Origin: Camelus dromedarius
Taxonomy: Eukaryota
NCBI RefSeq assembly: GCF_036321535.1
Contig: NC_087447.1
Location: 12,586,001 to 12,650,000 of the forward strand
DNA: 64,000 nucleotides
Direction: 5' to 3'
Within the stretch, counting starts at the first letter, position 1. Every line of letters starts with the position of its first letter. This document shows, in pieces, positions 1 to 13,230 of the stretch. Both the position numbers and the translations under genes were made by a program. The notes under the pieces are model-generated. The model had not been told where the DNA came from. It made no database searches and worked only from the letters and a program-made list of their open reading frames with translations.

Positions 1-339
1 AAGGATGTGAAAGGGGCCCTACAGAAGATCTTACAGAAACAGATACTGTAAAGCCATATTACACATCACCCTGTTGCGGAGAAGAAAATACGTTTTCACA
101 TTAATTGTATTGTCAGGTTGCTTAAGCTGTTTTCCTGTGTTAAGGCAGATTGTTTAAAGTGAGGTATGCTTCTTAATCTCTTGGTGTCTTAAATGTGTAT
201 TCATGGGCTTATAGGATGAATCAATATACTGGGGGAAGGCGGTGTCTGGTGAAGTATCAGTACTTGGAATTGGCTGACCTGGGTCTCAGTCTCAATGTCA
301 ATATTTAGCTTTTTCACTCAGTTTTTTTATTTACAAATA

Positions 340-735
340 TTGGTGACTTTGATTGGCACCTGGGCAAACAGACCGGGAGACAGATACTTGCATGCAGGAA
401 GTTGATTGGAGAGCGTTCCCAGGAACAGTATGTGTAAGGGAGTAGGAGAACCAGGGTTGGGTAGAAGTTGAATTGTGATGAAGTCACAACAGAGGACCTA
501 GCCAGTTCCACATAGAACCCTGGGGTTGAGGTGATCCTCTAGATATATTCCAAATTGTGAAAAAAAGGCCAGGTATTTGTAATGCCACAATGACAGGTTT
601 TGGATATGGGTCCCCCACTGGAAGGGGGTATAGTCTTGGGCATGACAATTCCGTGCAGCAAAGATTATTCTAAGAGTGAAACTCAGCTGTGAGATATCAG
701 TTGCCAATACACTTGAGAAGCTGGGGAAATAAATA
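340..735. mobile_element. Old MaLR/ERVL-type LTR remnant (MLT1-like)
   Basis: Motifs TTGCATGCAGGAAGTTGATTGG, GAAGTTGAATTGTGATG and ACTCAGCTGTGAG...AGCTGGGGAAAT resemble a remembered MaLR LTR consensus. Subfamily and ends are uncertain. Confidence 0.45.
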
Positions 736-1229
736 AATCAACCCTGAAAGGCAAATCTGGATGATGTATCACAGCATCTGTTATAAATAGTGACAGTATT
801 CCCCTCACATGGATGTCAGGAGTACCAAATAATACAGTCTTATCGGGTGTTATAGTAACATGAATACCACACCAATAGCAGGGGAATATTTTACTGACTT
901 TGCAAATTGGAATATTTTGAGGGTAGTAATCTCAGAGTTAAAGTACTTTAAAATTTTATCTTTAGCCTTGTCAAAGTTTATATAGTTTTCAATAAACATT
1001 TATCAAATTAAGTTATCTATCTATAGCTTATTATAGTAGGGCTGGGAACCATCAATCTTAGAGCAATGGGGAAAAAAAAGACTTCTTTGATAGTATGGCA
1101 TGTTGAAGAAGGACTAAATAATGATTTAGAATCAGGTAAATGTCTATTTCCTATTTCTGTCCACCCCACTGTCTACTGAAGACAAGAACAGAGAACACTA
1201 GTGCGCCACATGCCCCAGGTGAGACCACC

Positions 1230-1630
1230 TCATCCCTGAAAAGCTTGTGAGAGACCACGAGGGAAGAGACAACTCATCCTGTCCACTCAGAGCAGTTCTA
1301 CGGTCGCCCTACAACCTCCTCTGTCAACTACTAACCATGGTTTCTCTCAAAGACATTCAAAGCTATCATGGCTGGCACCTTCCTTCCTGCTCCCTTTTAT
1401 TCTAACTCGTCCAGTATAATATCTATCCTTTAACTGCTTCTTATCCACCAATCTAAAAAAAAAAAGATATTTTATCATTATTCATCAGTATTCTTATATC
1501 CACATCTCACTGATTGCCCAACTGAGATTCCATGGTCCATTATATAATGACTCATTCTCAATCACTTTCCATTCCATGGTTCTACATTTTCTTCATGTAT
1601 GCATCTGATTGAATCCCAACCAGTTAAACT
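1230..1630 (+). mobile_element. L2 fragment (degraded)
   Basis: Pyrimidine-rich stretch with CATGGTCCATTATATAATGACTC and AATCCCAACCAGTTAAA resembling L2 ORF2. Weak match. Confidence 0.35.
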
Positions 1631-1639
1631 TAATTGTTA

Positions 1640-2535
1640 ACTTCACTGTGTCCTCTACTTAAGCTACTTAGTGCAGTTAGAAAAAACCCTCAGTATTCCA
1701 CTGTCTATTGCTTATCTTTGGGTGGGAGCCAGTGCTGGCTGGGGTTAACTGTGGGTGAGACAGGGTGGGAGCCAAGAAGGGTGCTAGTACTGGATGGGGC
1801 TGCCTGCCAGCTGGGGTGGAACAGAAGCTGGTTTGGAGGATCTGTCCATGGTAGGAGGCTTCCTCAGGAGGAAGGATGTATGATGTTGGTTAGGTTGATG
1901 GAGAGTGACAGAAACAGTCCTGCCAGCTCTGGGCCAGCGAGGTGGAGGGAGAGAAGAAAACAGGTGCCCACCAGCACTTCCATTACTAGGGAGAGTTTCA
2001 CCAGATCCCTGCCCCTCGGGCACATATTGTAAAATTAATCAATGGATCTTCTCATATGGCACAGGCACTTTTCAAGCTGCTGCCTCTGTACTGGGACTCA
2101 GAGTAGTGAGTTTGTTGCAAGCCCTTCAAGACTGAAGTTTCAGTTTCCCACAGCCCTCTGGCTCCCCAGACCTAAGTCCTGCTGGTTTGCAAAGCTAGAT
2201 GTTATGGGGGCTCATCTAGTGCAGATCCCCCAGGCTGGGGAGCAGGATAGGTCCCAGACCCCTCACCCCTCAGACTGGACCTTTGAGGTTGTGATATCCC
2301 CCCTGCTCTGGGTCTCCACACCAGGAGTGTGGGTTCTGACCAGACCATGTCTCTGTCACTCCCACTCATCTCCATGTGGCCTTTTCTCTATATCCTTAGT
2401 TGTAGACAATCTGCTCTGTTGGTCTTCAGGTCATTCTCAGAAATAGGTGTTTTGCTGTGGGTGTAGTTTTGGTGTGTCTGTGGAAGGGCGTGAGCTCCGC
2501 ATCTTCCTACTCTGCCACCTTAATCCAGACTCCTC
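1640..2535 (-). mobile_element. L1 5'UTR fragment
   Basis: Minus strand begins GGATTAAGGTGGCAGAGTAGGAAGATGCGGAGCTCAC, a typical L1 5' end, and continues as GC-rich UTR-like sequence. It explains the spurious ORFs at 1634-2446. Confidence 0.65.
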
Positions 2536-2564
2536 CCCACTCCCCCTCAACAACAACAACAACA

Positions 2565-3075
2565 AAAACTATTAGTGGAAAAACCAGCATGTAATACAAA
2601 CTGAAGATACACAGGTGAGAAAACAAAGTTCCTGATTTCATGAAACTTGTATTCAAACGAGGAAGGCATCGTTGTCTGTGCTTAATTTGTGTGCATGTGT
2701 GCATAGGCATTTGTGTGTGTGTGTGTGTGTGTGTGTGACATAGATATGAGTGGTGCTTTAAAGAAGTTAAAGCAGGCAAGAGAATAGGACTGGTGTCAGA
2801 GATGAGCTCACTGTGGAAATAACACTTGAGCAAGGCCTGAGTAGGGTGAGTATCACATGAATGTCTGTGGAAGAGCATTACACGTACAATTACAGTGAAT
2901 ACAAAGGACCTGAGGCAAGACCCTCTTTGGTTTACAAAAGGAATAATAAAGAAACAAGTATATGCGGACCAGAGTGAGCAAATGAAAGGAAGGAGAGAAC
3001 TGCAAACAGGAAGGTGTTTGGGGGGGTGGGGGATGGCAGATCAGATAAGCCTTGTAGCTGATAAATAGGCTTTGG
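2565..3075 (-). mobile_element. L2 3' region
   Basis: ACACTTGAGCAAGGCCTGAG, AAAGGACCTGAGGCAAGA and CCAGAGTGAGCAAA match antisense L2a 3' motifs. Confidence 0.5.
2712..2737. repeat. (TG)13 microsatellite
   Basis: Read directly. Confidence 0.95.
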
Positions 3076-3415
3076 ACTTTATTTTTTTCATATCACCTTG
3101 TAATAGCTGTTTTCCCCCCACCCCAGACTGACAACTGCATGAAGAAATAAACAAGATTGACTTTGTTGGCTACTATATCAGTACCAAGGTTGCTTCTGCT
3201 ACATAAAACAAATTCACTGAATATTTGTTGAATGAATTAATGAGTGTGGTGTGAATTATATTCCAGTAGAAAGGAGTAGGCATTTTATTTTAAGTGCAAT
3301 TCTGAAATTTAGAGGCAGGATCTAATCAGTCCTGTACCATTTAATTCAATGTTGTGCACAATGGAGGCTCAAGACTGTAAAAGAGATTTTGTATTTCTCT
3401 CAAAGAGTAAGTTAC

Positions 3416-3430
3416 TCCCCAGGGTATAAA
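3416..3430 (+). promoter_or_regulatory. Candidate O/E (EBF) site abutting TATAAA, upstream of the OR5AP-like gene
   Basis: TCCCCAGGGT (3416-3425) overlaps TATAAA (3425-3430), 2.2 kb upstream of the ATG. Confidence 0.3.
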
Positions 3431-4429
3431 TGGTTCATTGGGGAGAATATAGTTCAATTATGTCAGTGAAAAATAAATGAATGTTTTAATTTTGGATTAG
3501 CACATTTCAAGCTTCAGACTTTCTAGTGTTTTGTAGAGATGATTAAATCTCAAGAGCATTGTCACAAACTTAATAGGCTGACCCTCTGCCTCAGATTCAG
3601 AAGCAGCGTTGTTTCTACTCTTTCTGCTCATAGTTAATTAATTAACTATGCCCTAATTCTACCACAGCTGAATTTGTGATGCCACTTCCATTTTCGTCAA
3701 AGCTGTGAATTTCACATTGTAAGGAAGAAAACGTATATTCCTCCAAAACCCCCAAAATAAAACTAAACTAAACTAATAGACACTGCTACTTTCAGGGAAT
3801 ACTTTTTAAGGACAAAAGGTAAGATGATTTAATTTATTTCAAAGTGTTGATATATAGAAAGTTTCCAAGAGGACTCAAAAAATTTAAGATTAAATACCTT
3901 AATTGCAATATGTCTGAAACACTGAATTTAATGGTACCAACTAAATTACTGTGGATTTTTTTAGAAGAGAGAAATTTAGGATGACTAATAACAGATGCTA
4001 ATTTTTTTCAAATATTGAACATGTGTATACACATACATATGTAAGTGTATGTATACATGCCTATGTGTGTGAATATATGTATATGTGGTGTGTGTTTGTG
4101 TGTGTGTATAAAGCAGGAAAATTTAATTAATTTTGTGCAGAAGGAGTGCCAAAATACCTGGCATGTGTGCATGTAAGAGCAAATTATTTTATGCTTTTTC
4201 ATGCACCCACTGAGAAAATGACTGCAATTTTCAGCCTTTATCTACATATACACATCATACACATATGTGTACACATACATACATGTATAGGATCATATAT
4301 ATCATATAGGCTATAATTCCATTTATGTCAGTTTATATGTTTGTTACATATAAAACTTGTATTTGTATATGTATGCATAAAGTAGAGCTTTATAAAACGG
4401 CTGTAAATTTTTAAAAGTGATATTTTGCA

Positions 4430-5340
4430 GGATAACATTTTAGCCAAGTTTAGGGATAGAAAGATCAGTCAAAAGACTATTGCAGTTATGTAGGTGGAAG
4501 ATGATGTTGGCTTGAGCCTTCATGATAGGAATGAAGGTGTTAGGAGGTAGCTGGATTCTCGATACAGATATTTTGAAGATATTTTGACAATAAAATTATC
4601 TTAGAGACTGGTTATGGAGTATGTGAGAAAGAAAAAAGAATGATTTCTATAGTATTTATTTATTTGTATTCAATTTTATCTGAACAAATATGAGTAGAGA
4701 GCTGTCACTGACTTGAGACAGGCAATGCTATATTTGGCATACATTAAAGGAGGTCATGAGCAAATCAGATTTGGGTCATGTTGAGCTACTATTCAATATT
4801 AATGTGGAGATACGAGTCAGTAACTGAATTGTAAGTTGAGTTTGGAAAAGAGGTCAGGGTTGAATATGTACATTCAGGAGTTGTAAGTTTGTAGACAGAA
4901 TTTAAAGTCATGAGACTGAGTAAGATCACCAAGGTAGAGTGTAAGCAGGAAAGAGAAGAGGATCAAGATGTGAGTTCTGAGCAACTCCAACCTTAAGAGT
5001 CAGAGAGAAGAAGAGGAATAAATGAAGACTGAGAAGGATCAACCATATGGTAAGAGGAACACTCAGAGTCTGGTGTCCTGGAAGATAAGAGAAGAAACTT
5101 TTTCAAGGTGTAATTAGCCATCAGCTCTGCCCAATGTTATGGATAGATCAAAACGATGACTGAGAATTGACCACTGGATTTGGCAACATAAAGACTGCAG
5201 ATGACTTTGAAAAGATCAGTTTCTGTGGAGTGATGGGATGAAAGCCTGATTAGCGTGGGTTTAGGAGAAAACAGGAAAAACAGAACTGGATACAGCAAGT
5301 CTATTCAACTGTATCATACATTTAATTGCCAAGGGGAATG
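4430..5340 (-). mobile_element. L2a fragment
   Basis: Many antisense L2 motifs: ACTATTGCAGT, AAAGTCATGAGACTGAGTAAGATCACC, GGTGTCCTGGAAG, GAGAATTGACCACTGGATTTGGCAACA. Confidence 0.7.
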
Positions 5341-5666
5341 CAGAGGAATTGGACGACAGGTAGTGAAGGTAGTATGATCAAGGGAGGAGGAGATAAAATT
5401 TGAGAGGTAGGTTAGGATATAGAAAAATTGGGGTTAATTATCACACAAATACACAAGCATAAATATTCACTTTTAAATAAGTTACTTTAGAGTTTAGTTA
5501 CCTTGTTTTTTGTTGTTGTTTGTCAGTAAAAAAAAAAAAAAAAAGAGGTTTAATACACATGTTCTTAGGATATCTTAGAAGCAATCTGACCTACAGCAGA
5601 GAACAAACTGTTTGATTTCCCTGATATTTTTGTGTAATTCATTTCCTTGGTTTCTTATCTCAGCAA

Positions 5667-6632
5667 ATGAATCATCCATTCGGAGACAAAGGTATGAGCA
5701 ACCATTCAACAGTGACTGAATTTATTCTCTGGGGATTCAGTAATCATCCAGACCTACAGTGTCTTCTTTTTATGGTATTTCTAGTCATCTATATGATCAC
5801 TGTGCTTGGAAATCTCGGCATGATCCTGTTAATCAAGATTGACTCCCATCTCCACACTCCCATGTACTTTTTCCTCAGCAATTTGTCCCTTGTTGATTTC
5901 TGTTATTCTTCTGTCATTGCCCCTAATATGCTAGTAAATTTCTGGGTGGACAACCCAGTCATTTCATTCAATGAATGTGCCACTCAGTTCTTCTTTTTTG
6001 GTTCTTTTGCTGGCATTGAGGGCTTCCTGTTGACCGTGATGGCCTATGACCGTTATGTGGCCATCTGCAAGCCTCTTCTTTACACAGTCACTATGTCCCC
6101 CCATCTTAACATCATGCTGGTGTTGGCCACATATCTTTCAGGCTTTATAAATGCCGCCATTCACACTGGCCTTACCTTCCAACTGTCTTTCTGCCACTCG
6201 AATGTCATCAACCACTTTTTCTGTGACACTCCACCCCTCCTGAAACTCTCTTGTTCTGACACACGTGTCAATGAAGTTCTCATTTTTGCTTTTGCCAGTT
6301 TTAATGAACTGAGCTGCCTCCTGACTATTCTCATTTCTTATCTCTACATCCTCATGGCCATCTTGAGGATCCATTCAGCAAGTGGGAGGTACAAAGCCTT
6401 CTCCACCTGTGCTTCCCATTTGATGGTGGTCACCATCTTTTTTGGCACAATCCTGTTCATGTATCTGCGCCCCAGCTCCAGCTATGCGATGGACCAAGAT
6501 AAAGTGGTGTCTGTGTTTTATACGGTGGCCATCCCCATGTTAAACCCTCTCATCTATAGTCTGAGAAACAAGGAAGTCAAAATATCCTTAGGTAAAATTT
6601 TTAAAACAACCTTTTTTTGCTTCTGTATTTAG
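5667..6632 (+). CDS. Olfactory receptor family 5, OR5AP-like (321 aa, intact)
   Basis: Motifs [29 protein letters not shown] and [28 protein letters not shown] and DKVVSV match the OR5AP subfamily. Splice acceptor (TTCTTATCTCAG, AG at 5662-5663) lies just before the ATG. Met at 5694 is an alternative start. Confidence 0.93.
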   Translation: MNHPFGDKGMSNHSTVTEFILWGFSNHPDLQCLLFMVFLVIYMITVLGNLGMILLIKIDSHLHTPMYFFLSNLSLVDFCYSSVIAPNMLVNFWVDNPVISFNECATQFFFFGSFAGIEGFLLTVMAYDRYVAICKPLLYTVTMSPHLNIMLVLATYLSGFINAAIHTGLTFQLSFCHSNVINHFFCDTPPLLKLSCSDTRVNEVLIFAFASFNELSCLLTILISYLYILMAILRIHSASGRYKAFSTCASHLMVVTIFFGTILFMYLRPSSSYAMDQDKVVSVFYTVAIPMLNPLIYSLRNKEVKISLGKIFKTTFFCFCI

Positions 6633-6733
6633 AATCATCAAAGCATGGGATTTTAGGACTCAGAGGTCACTTAGAAATCACCAGTCCACTTCCATTCACC
6701 CTGGGTCCATTTCATTCTGTAGTGAGGCTTTTT

Positions 6734-6879
6734 AAAATTTTTTTTTTAAATTTTTTATTTTTGGGGGGCAGTAATTAGGTTTATTTATTATTTTTTTAAT
6801 CTCCGGAGGTACTGGGGATTGAACCCAAAACCTCATGCATGCTGGGCAGGCGCTCTATCCCTGAGCTATAACATCCCCC
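6734..6879 (-). mobile_element. tRNA-derived camelid SINE (vic-1 type)
   Basis: Minus strand reads GGGG..TATAGCTCAGGGATAGAGCGCCTG...GGGTTCAATCCCCAGTACCTCC plus an A-rich tail. 13-bp TSD AGTGAGGCTTTTT at 6721-6733 and 6880-6892. Confidence 0.88.
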
Positions 6880-7040
6880 AGTGAGGCTTTTTTCTGATAG
6901 CAGAGTTGGACAAAATGTCCCAGGCATCCTGGGGAATATTGTCACTCTGTATAAATCCCACTTATTCCACAGAGCCTATACTCTTGAAAATAACCAAATA
7001 TCCCATTTCAACTCCCTGTTCAGAGGTATAAAACCCAGTA

Positions 7041-8718
7041 CTGGCATACCTCAGAGATATTGTGGGTTTGGTTCAAAACTACTGCAATAAAGTGAATATC
7101 ACAATAAAACAAATCACATTTTTTTTCTGGTTTCCCAATGCATGTAAGAGTTACATTTATACTATAGTGCATTAGGTGTGCAACAGCATTATGTCTTTAA
7201 AAAACAATGTACATACCTTAGTTAAAAATACTTTATTTGTAAAAAATGCGAACCATCATCTGAGCCTTCAGTGAGTCATAATATTTATTGCTGGAGGAAA
7301 ATATTGCCTCCATGTTGATGACTGCTGACTGATAAGGATGGCAGTTGCTGAATATTAGGTGGCAATTTCTCAAAACGAGACAACAGTGGAGTTTGCCACA
7401 TCATTTGATCCTTCCTTACACAAACAATTTCTCTGTAGCATGCAATCCTGTTGCATAGCATTTTATCCACAGTAGAGCTTCCTTCAAAATTGTAGTCAGT
7501 CCTCAAAAACTCTGCCACTGCTCTATCAACCAAGTTCATGTAATATTCTAAATTCTTTGCTCTCATTTCAACAGTCTTCACAGCATCTTTGCCAAGAGTA
7601 GATTTTATCTCAAGAGACCACTTGCTTTGCTCATCCATGAGAAGCAGCTCCTCATCCGTTAAAGTCTGATCATGAAGTTGTAACAACTCAGTCCCATCTT
7701 CAGGCTCTACTTCTAATTCCAGTTCTCTTGCTGTTTCCACCGCATCTGCAGTTACTCCCCCACTGCAATCTTGAACCCCTCAGAGCTGTGGATCCCTTGA
7801 AGGTTGGGATCCATGTTTTCCAAATTCCTGCTAATGTTGATATTTTGACATCTTCCCAAGAATCACAGATATTCTTAATGNNNNNNNNNNNNNNNNNNNN
7901 NNNNNNNNNNNNNNNNNNNNNNNNNNNNNNNNNNNNNNNNNNNNNNNNNNNNNNNNNNNNNNNNNNNNNNNNNNNNNNNNNNNNNNNNNNNNNNNNNNNN
8001 NNNNNNNNNNNNNNNNNNNNNNNNNNNNNNNNNNNNNNNNNNNNNNNNNNNNNNNNNNNNNNNNNNNNNNNNNNNNNNNNNNNNNNNNNNNNNNNNNNNN
8101 NNNNNNNNNNNNNNNNNNAACATCGCAGAGTAATCATATTTTGAAAAAAAATTAATTTTTTTCCTTAACAGTAGATCTCAACAATGGTCCTAAAATATTC
8201 AGGAAACCACACTGTAAACAGATGTACTGTCCTCCAGGCTTTATTGTTTCATTTATAGAGCACAGGAAGAGTAGATTTAGTATACTTCTTAAGGGCCCTA
8301 CGATTTTTGGAATGGTAAGTGAGCATTGGCTTCAATTTTAAGTCACGAGCTATATTAATCTCTAACAAGTCAGCCTATCATTTGACACTTTTAAGCCATA
8401 GAGAGTGTCTCTCTAGCCATGAAAGTTCTAGCTGACATCTTCTAATATAAGGATGTTTCATCTACTTTGAAAATCTGTTGTTTAGTGTAGTCATCTTCAT
8501 TAATTATTTCAGCTAGATCTTCTGGATCTGGTGTTATTGTAGGGTTATTAACTAACTTAATTCCAGTATTGTTGTTTCTCAAGGAATGGGAAGCCCTAGT
8601 AGAGGGTAAGAGATGGGGAATACTGGTTAGTGGAGAAGTCAGGGTGCACACAATATTGATTAATTTTGCTATCTTGTATGGGAACAGTTTGTGGTGCCCT
8701 GAAGCAATTATAGTAGTA
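7041..8718 (-). mobile_element. Tigger1 DNA transposon, internally deleted and decayed
   Basis: TA followed by TIR-like CTGGCATACCTC at 7041. ORF 7285-7740 (ARELELEVEPED..ELLLMDEQ..EYYMNLVDRA) is Tigger1 transposase C-terminus. 8120-8527 continues the transposase, then jumps to the 5' region (TTGTAGGGTTATTAA) at ~8537. Confidence 0.9.
7881..8118. other. Assembly gap (238 N) inside Tigger1
   Basis: Read directly. Confidence 1.
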
Positions 8719-8769
8719 ATTTTTTGTGTCACAATATTTTTTGTTTCACAATTAATGCTTTTTCTGTCC

Positions 8770-9110
8770 TTCCTAAGAAATTTTTGATTACCTCATGATT
8801 ATAAAGACTTTCTTCTATTTTTCCTTTCCCAAGAGAACTTGTAGACTTAGTATTTACATTTAGTCTTATGATTCACATCAAATTTTTGATTTGGTGTGAT
8901 ATAAGGATTGAAGTTAACTTTTTCTATATAGATACCAATTATTCCAATAACATTCCCCAATGAAATACATTTGTACTTTTGTTCTAAAATCCATTTGCTG
9001 TATATGAGTGGACATTTTTCTGGATTTTCTATTCTGTATCATTAATCTGTTTGTTATCTTTGGATCTGCACATTGTTTTGAGTACTGTAGTTTCTTATTA
9101 ACTCTTAAAA
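8770..9110 (-). mobile_element. Old L1 ORF2 3' fragment
   Basis: TTTACATTTAGTCTTATGATTCA, GATACCAATTATTCCAA and TTTTCTGGATTTTCTATTCTG resemble antisense L1M ORF2 end. Confidence 0.5.
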
Positions 9111-10879
9111 TTTCTTGAAGAAACATGATGTTGTTTCTTCCTTTCCAATCAGTATAACTTTATTATATAGATTAGAACTTCCAGTACAAGGTTTAATCTG
9201 CTATAACTTAAAAAATATAGCCAATTACATAATCACAAAAACACAAGTAACAAACTTACAGTGGCGGTGGGATGTTTCTAACTATATGACTGTTGTGACA
9301 TTTGTGTAGCTAAAGTCATCAGGCGTTCTTTTAGCAGACACACATCAATTGGTCATTGCAATTGGAGCAGAGTGATATTAAGGAAGGAATTAATGTCTTC
9401 AAGTATAATTTAAACACAATTGTCTGAAGGCTTTCTAGAAAATAAAATGAGAATGCATAAAACTCTTTTTTTGAGTTAGCATCATACATTTAGGTAAAGC
9501 CTGTGCCCTCTAATCTTATTCATTGCTATGTATATAAAAAAGGAAGCATCAACTTCTTATTGTGGATTTCTGATCAAGGGATCTCATACTGAAAAATATT
9601 GATACTTTGCCCTTCCAGATCTGAAAAAGCAAATACACTACCTTTAGGCTACCCATTCAGTTACTGTCGAGCAGTCCTATCTCTTGTTGGAAAAAGCTTT
9701 TGTAAATGTCATGATTATTATAATGCTATTATATTTTAAAGTATATCAGAAAACACATACATAAGTACTTTAGGAAAAACTTTCCTTCAAACTAAAAGCT
9801 GACATTCTGCTTAAAGACAGACCAAATCTTCAACTTTTTTTTGTAACACAAGGAATCTCCACATTAAGGGATCAGGAAACGTGAGCTTTATAATTCTATA
9901 ATGAGTTCTAAAATCAAAAAAAAAATTATTATTTCATGGGAATCCTTAAGCAATAGATTTTATTCTTTAAATTGTATTATTTTGTTTGTGCAAAGAATCA
10001 GGATAAAGCACATCAAAGTTGAGATACAGAAATCTTTCCGCCTCAATTTGAAAAATATACGGTACTGCTCAAATCTTCTCTAATGTGATACGTTGGTAAC
10101 AATCTACATTTTTATATTGCTGTGCAGCTTTATCTCACTGGCTGCTTTCTCACAGTGTAACCCATCATTTGGAGATCTAACACAATTAAAGACGCCTCTC
10201 TTGTCTTGGTGAGAGTACACTTTTAATTCGTGTGACTGTGTTGACTGGAATTAGCAGTGCCCTGGAAGATACAGACTAGCAAGGTCATCTCTCGATTCCT
10301 TATTCTCTAACAAACACGGTGCCAAGGAATTGATACTGTTCAAATATTCTTCATTCCACTTTGAAACCTCCTCCTAAATCACCAGCTTTATGAATCATCA
10401 ATTTTATGAATGATCTTGATGCTCGGACCCATCTTTGATTCCTAGAATACTGATGAAATTAAGTCATTAGGGTAGATTGGTTCCAGGATAAGCCCACGAT
10501 GCCCACGCTCCAAAGGACACTTGCCCCAACTTCCTTCCTCCCGTGGCTTATGTCACTTTTCTGTTCTTCACCCTCTGCTCCTCAAATCTTGCATCTCTTT
10601 TATGTTCTTACTTTTCACTCTTATTAGATGACTTTACCTCAGTGTTTATGGAGAAACACTGAAGCCTTCGGATGAGAATACTCTCATGTTTATATACTAA
10701 AAGTATAAAACTTATCTTTTCACATTCTTCTCCTTCCATATTCCATAAAAGTGATGGCTGATTTCTCTATCTGTGTTAACGATCTCAGGCACTAAGTACC
10801 GAACAGAATACACAGATGTTAGGTAGAGATTTTGGCTTCAAAGAAGAATCTGAGGCCTCAAATCATCAAATTAAGGTTA

Positions 10880-11020
10880 TACCCTTGAGAAATAAAAACT
10901 ACTTTAATTGGCTTTTTAAATTTATTTAAAAAATACTCTAGGGAATGTTCCTAAGAAATATATTATAAATCTTCCCACCTTGTTTTGAGAAAATATGGTA
11001 AGTCAGCTTTGACAGGTAGG
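10880..11020 (+). promoter_or_regulatory. Candidate promoter and first non-coding exon of OR5M10-like a
   Basis: CCCTTGAGA (O/E-like, 10882), TAATTG (10905), CTAGGGAA, TATAAA (10964) and donor CAG|GTAGGC (GT 11016). All but the O/E-like CCCTTGAGA are retained in the paralog at 21180-21325. Confidence 0.5.
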
Positions 11021-12039
11021 CCATTTTTCTACATTTGTTCACTAAAAATAAGTTTGTTCTTTTGTGCAGAGGTTAATATCCCACCAATGGAGAAAAAAAA
11101 TCTTTTCTTTCATTGTACTTTATTTTTCTATTCATATGTTAATATTTAATGGCTTCTCTAAAAATTAATTACTATCTGCAGGCTCTTCTGATGTATATGT
11201 GAAAACTAAATAAAATAGCCTTACGGTGCAATTATTAATGCACATTTTTCCCAGTGATATCTTATTGTCAAAAAAAACCAACAAACCGAGACAGTGGATC
11301 CAGCTGGAAACTAAGTCCATGTTTAAACATTATCCTAATGTGCGTCCCTAAACAAATTTCTTTTATATGTTAGTTGCAAAAAAAAAAATGGGGACAAAGA
11401 AAACTTCCACACTTTCTCCAGATACTTGAATTCTTTATTTACTGTTCCATTTCTGCCTTCTCAGAGAGACCTTTGCTGAATGGCCATCTGAAAGCACCCC
11501 ACCTTTATTTTTCTTCATAATGTTTTCTTCGAACTGAAATTCTGTTGTGAATCCTTGGCTATGCGTTTAGTATCTATCCCTTCCCCTACAATATATGCTT
11601 ATGAGGTTGGGGAATTTCTTCACTGCTGTAACCTCTGAACTTAGAACAGAAAAAAAAAATCAATATTTGCAGTGTACATAAATAATGAGTGGGTGGATTT
11701 ACCAAGCAGAGAGAACAATTCTTCATTCTGTACCTTCTTAGCCATATAGCAAAAGATAAATTTACTAATTCAACATCTTCTGAATGCAATTAAGCCAGAC
11801 AAATATGAGTTGCAAGTGAAAATGCTGTCCTGAATGTGTCTTCTGTTTCGTATCTGAAACAATAGTCTATCAAAGCTGGAGGGAACCTAGAAATTCAGCT
11901 CCCTTCATTTGTCCACTTGAATAATACAAATGATCTACTGCTTTTCATACCTCATTTTTATTCCTTTGGCTTTCTTTTTCACAAAATTTGAAAAAAAATA
12001 CCAAGTATGAAGCTCTCCAAGAAGACAGGTATAAATTGT

Positions 12040-12058
12040 ACACACACACACACACACA
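12040..12058. repeat. (AC)n microsatellite
   Basis: Read directly. Confidence 0.9.
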
Positions 12059-12297
12059 AGTAGGACAGAGAGTTTGGAAGTGTGTGTTTGAGATATATAC
12101 AGAAAGAGTTAACACAGAGATGTAAAGTGAAAGTAATTATGGAAACATTCTGATGCATTTGTTGAGAAGAGTAATTTCCACAGAGATAAATAGTTCAAAA
12201 GTAAATGAAACAAGAATGGAATAAATGCAGAGTCTGGGCTGGACAGAATTCTTCATCTTTTTTTGTCAATTTCAGTTTTTTTTCAAGGGACAAGAAA

Positions 12298-13230
12298 ATG
12301 TCTTCCCCAAACCACACTCTGGTGACAGAATTCATTCTCCTGGGACTCACAGACAACCCAGTGTCAGAGAAGACCCTGTTTGGGGTGTTTCTGGTGATCT
12401 ACCTAATCACGCTGACAGGGAATCTGGGCATGATCGTGCTGATCAGGACAAACGCCCACCTCCAAACCCCCATGTACTTCTTCCTCAGCCACCTGTCCTT
12501 TGTAGACATTTGCTATTCCTCCAACATCACTCCAAATATGCTGTACAATTTCCTCTCAGACCAGAAGACCATCTCCTATGCTGGATGCTTCACACAGTGT
12601 CTGCTCTTCATTGCCCTGGTGATCACTGAGTTTTATATCCTTGCTTCAATGGCGTTGGATCGCTATGTGGCCATTTGCAGCCCTTTACATTACAGCTCCA
12701 GGATGTCCACGAGCATCTGCCTCTCTCTAGTCACAGTCCCTTACACTTTTGGCTTTCTTAATGGGCTCTCTCAGGCACTGCTGACTTTCCACTTGTCCTT
12801 CTGTGGCTCCCGTGAAATCAATCATTTCTACTGTGCTGACCCTCCTCTCATGATGCTGGCCTGCTCTGACACCCGAGTCAAGAAGATGGCGATGTTTGCA
12901 GTTGCTGGTTTTACCCTCTCCAGCTCTCTCCTCATCATTCTCCTGTCCTACCTTTTCATCATTGCCAGCATCTTGAGGATCCGCTCTGCAGAAGGCAGGC
13001 ACAAAGCCTTTTCTACTTGTGGTTCCCACCTGACAACAGTCACTATATTTTATGGAACCCTCTTTTGCATGTACTTGAGGTCCCCATCTGAGAAGTCTGT
13101 AGAGCAGTCCAAAATAATTGCAGTCTTCTATAGTTTTTTGAGCCCAATACTGAACCCGTTGGTCTACAGTATGAGGAACAAGGATGTTATCCAAGCCTTG
13201 CAGCAGATGATTAAGAGAAATCTTTCATAA
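12298..13230 (+). CDS. OR5M10: Olfactory receptor OR5M10/OR5M1-like, copy a (310 aa)
   Basis: [51 protein letters not shown] closely matches remembered human OR5M10/OR5M1. True start taken as Met at 12298, after acceptor AG at 12274-12275; the ORF-track start 12205 is intronic. OR5M10 vs OR5M1 cannot be resolved by eye. Confidence 0.9.
   Translation: MSSPNHTLVTEFILLGLTDNPVSEKTLFGVFLVIYLITLTGNLGMIVLIRTNAHLQTPMYFFLSHLSFVDICYSSNITPNMLYNFLSDQKTISYAGCFTQCLLFIALVITEFYILASMALDRYVAICSPLHYSSRMSTSICLSLVTVPYTFGFLNGLSQALLTFHLSFCGSREINHFYCADPPLMMLACSDTRVKKMAMFAVAGFTLSSSLLIILLSYLFIIASILRIRSAEGRHKAFSTCGSHLTTVTIFYGTLFCMYLRSPSEKSVEQSKIIAVFYSFLSPILNPLVYSMRNKDVIQALQQMIKRNLS

Noticed and set aside
6597-6632. 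C-terminal CFCI of the OR5AP-like protein looks like a CaaX motif
   Set aside because: It falls in a T-rich run with no evidence of conservation; likely chance.
7285-7740. 151-aa ORF resembling TIGD1 / Tigger transposase
   Set aside because: It is a fragment of a decayed, internally deleted Tigger1 with stops and frameshifts around it, not a domesticated gene.
7700-8144. ORFs containing long X runs
   Set aside because: Artefacts of the 238-N gap.
12205-12297. N-terminal extensions in the ORF track (also 22201-22296 and 44889-44954)
   Set aside because: They run through polypyrimidine tracts and AG acceptors, so they are intronic; family-typical starts lie downstream.
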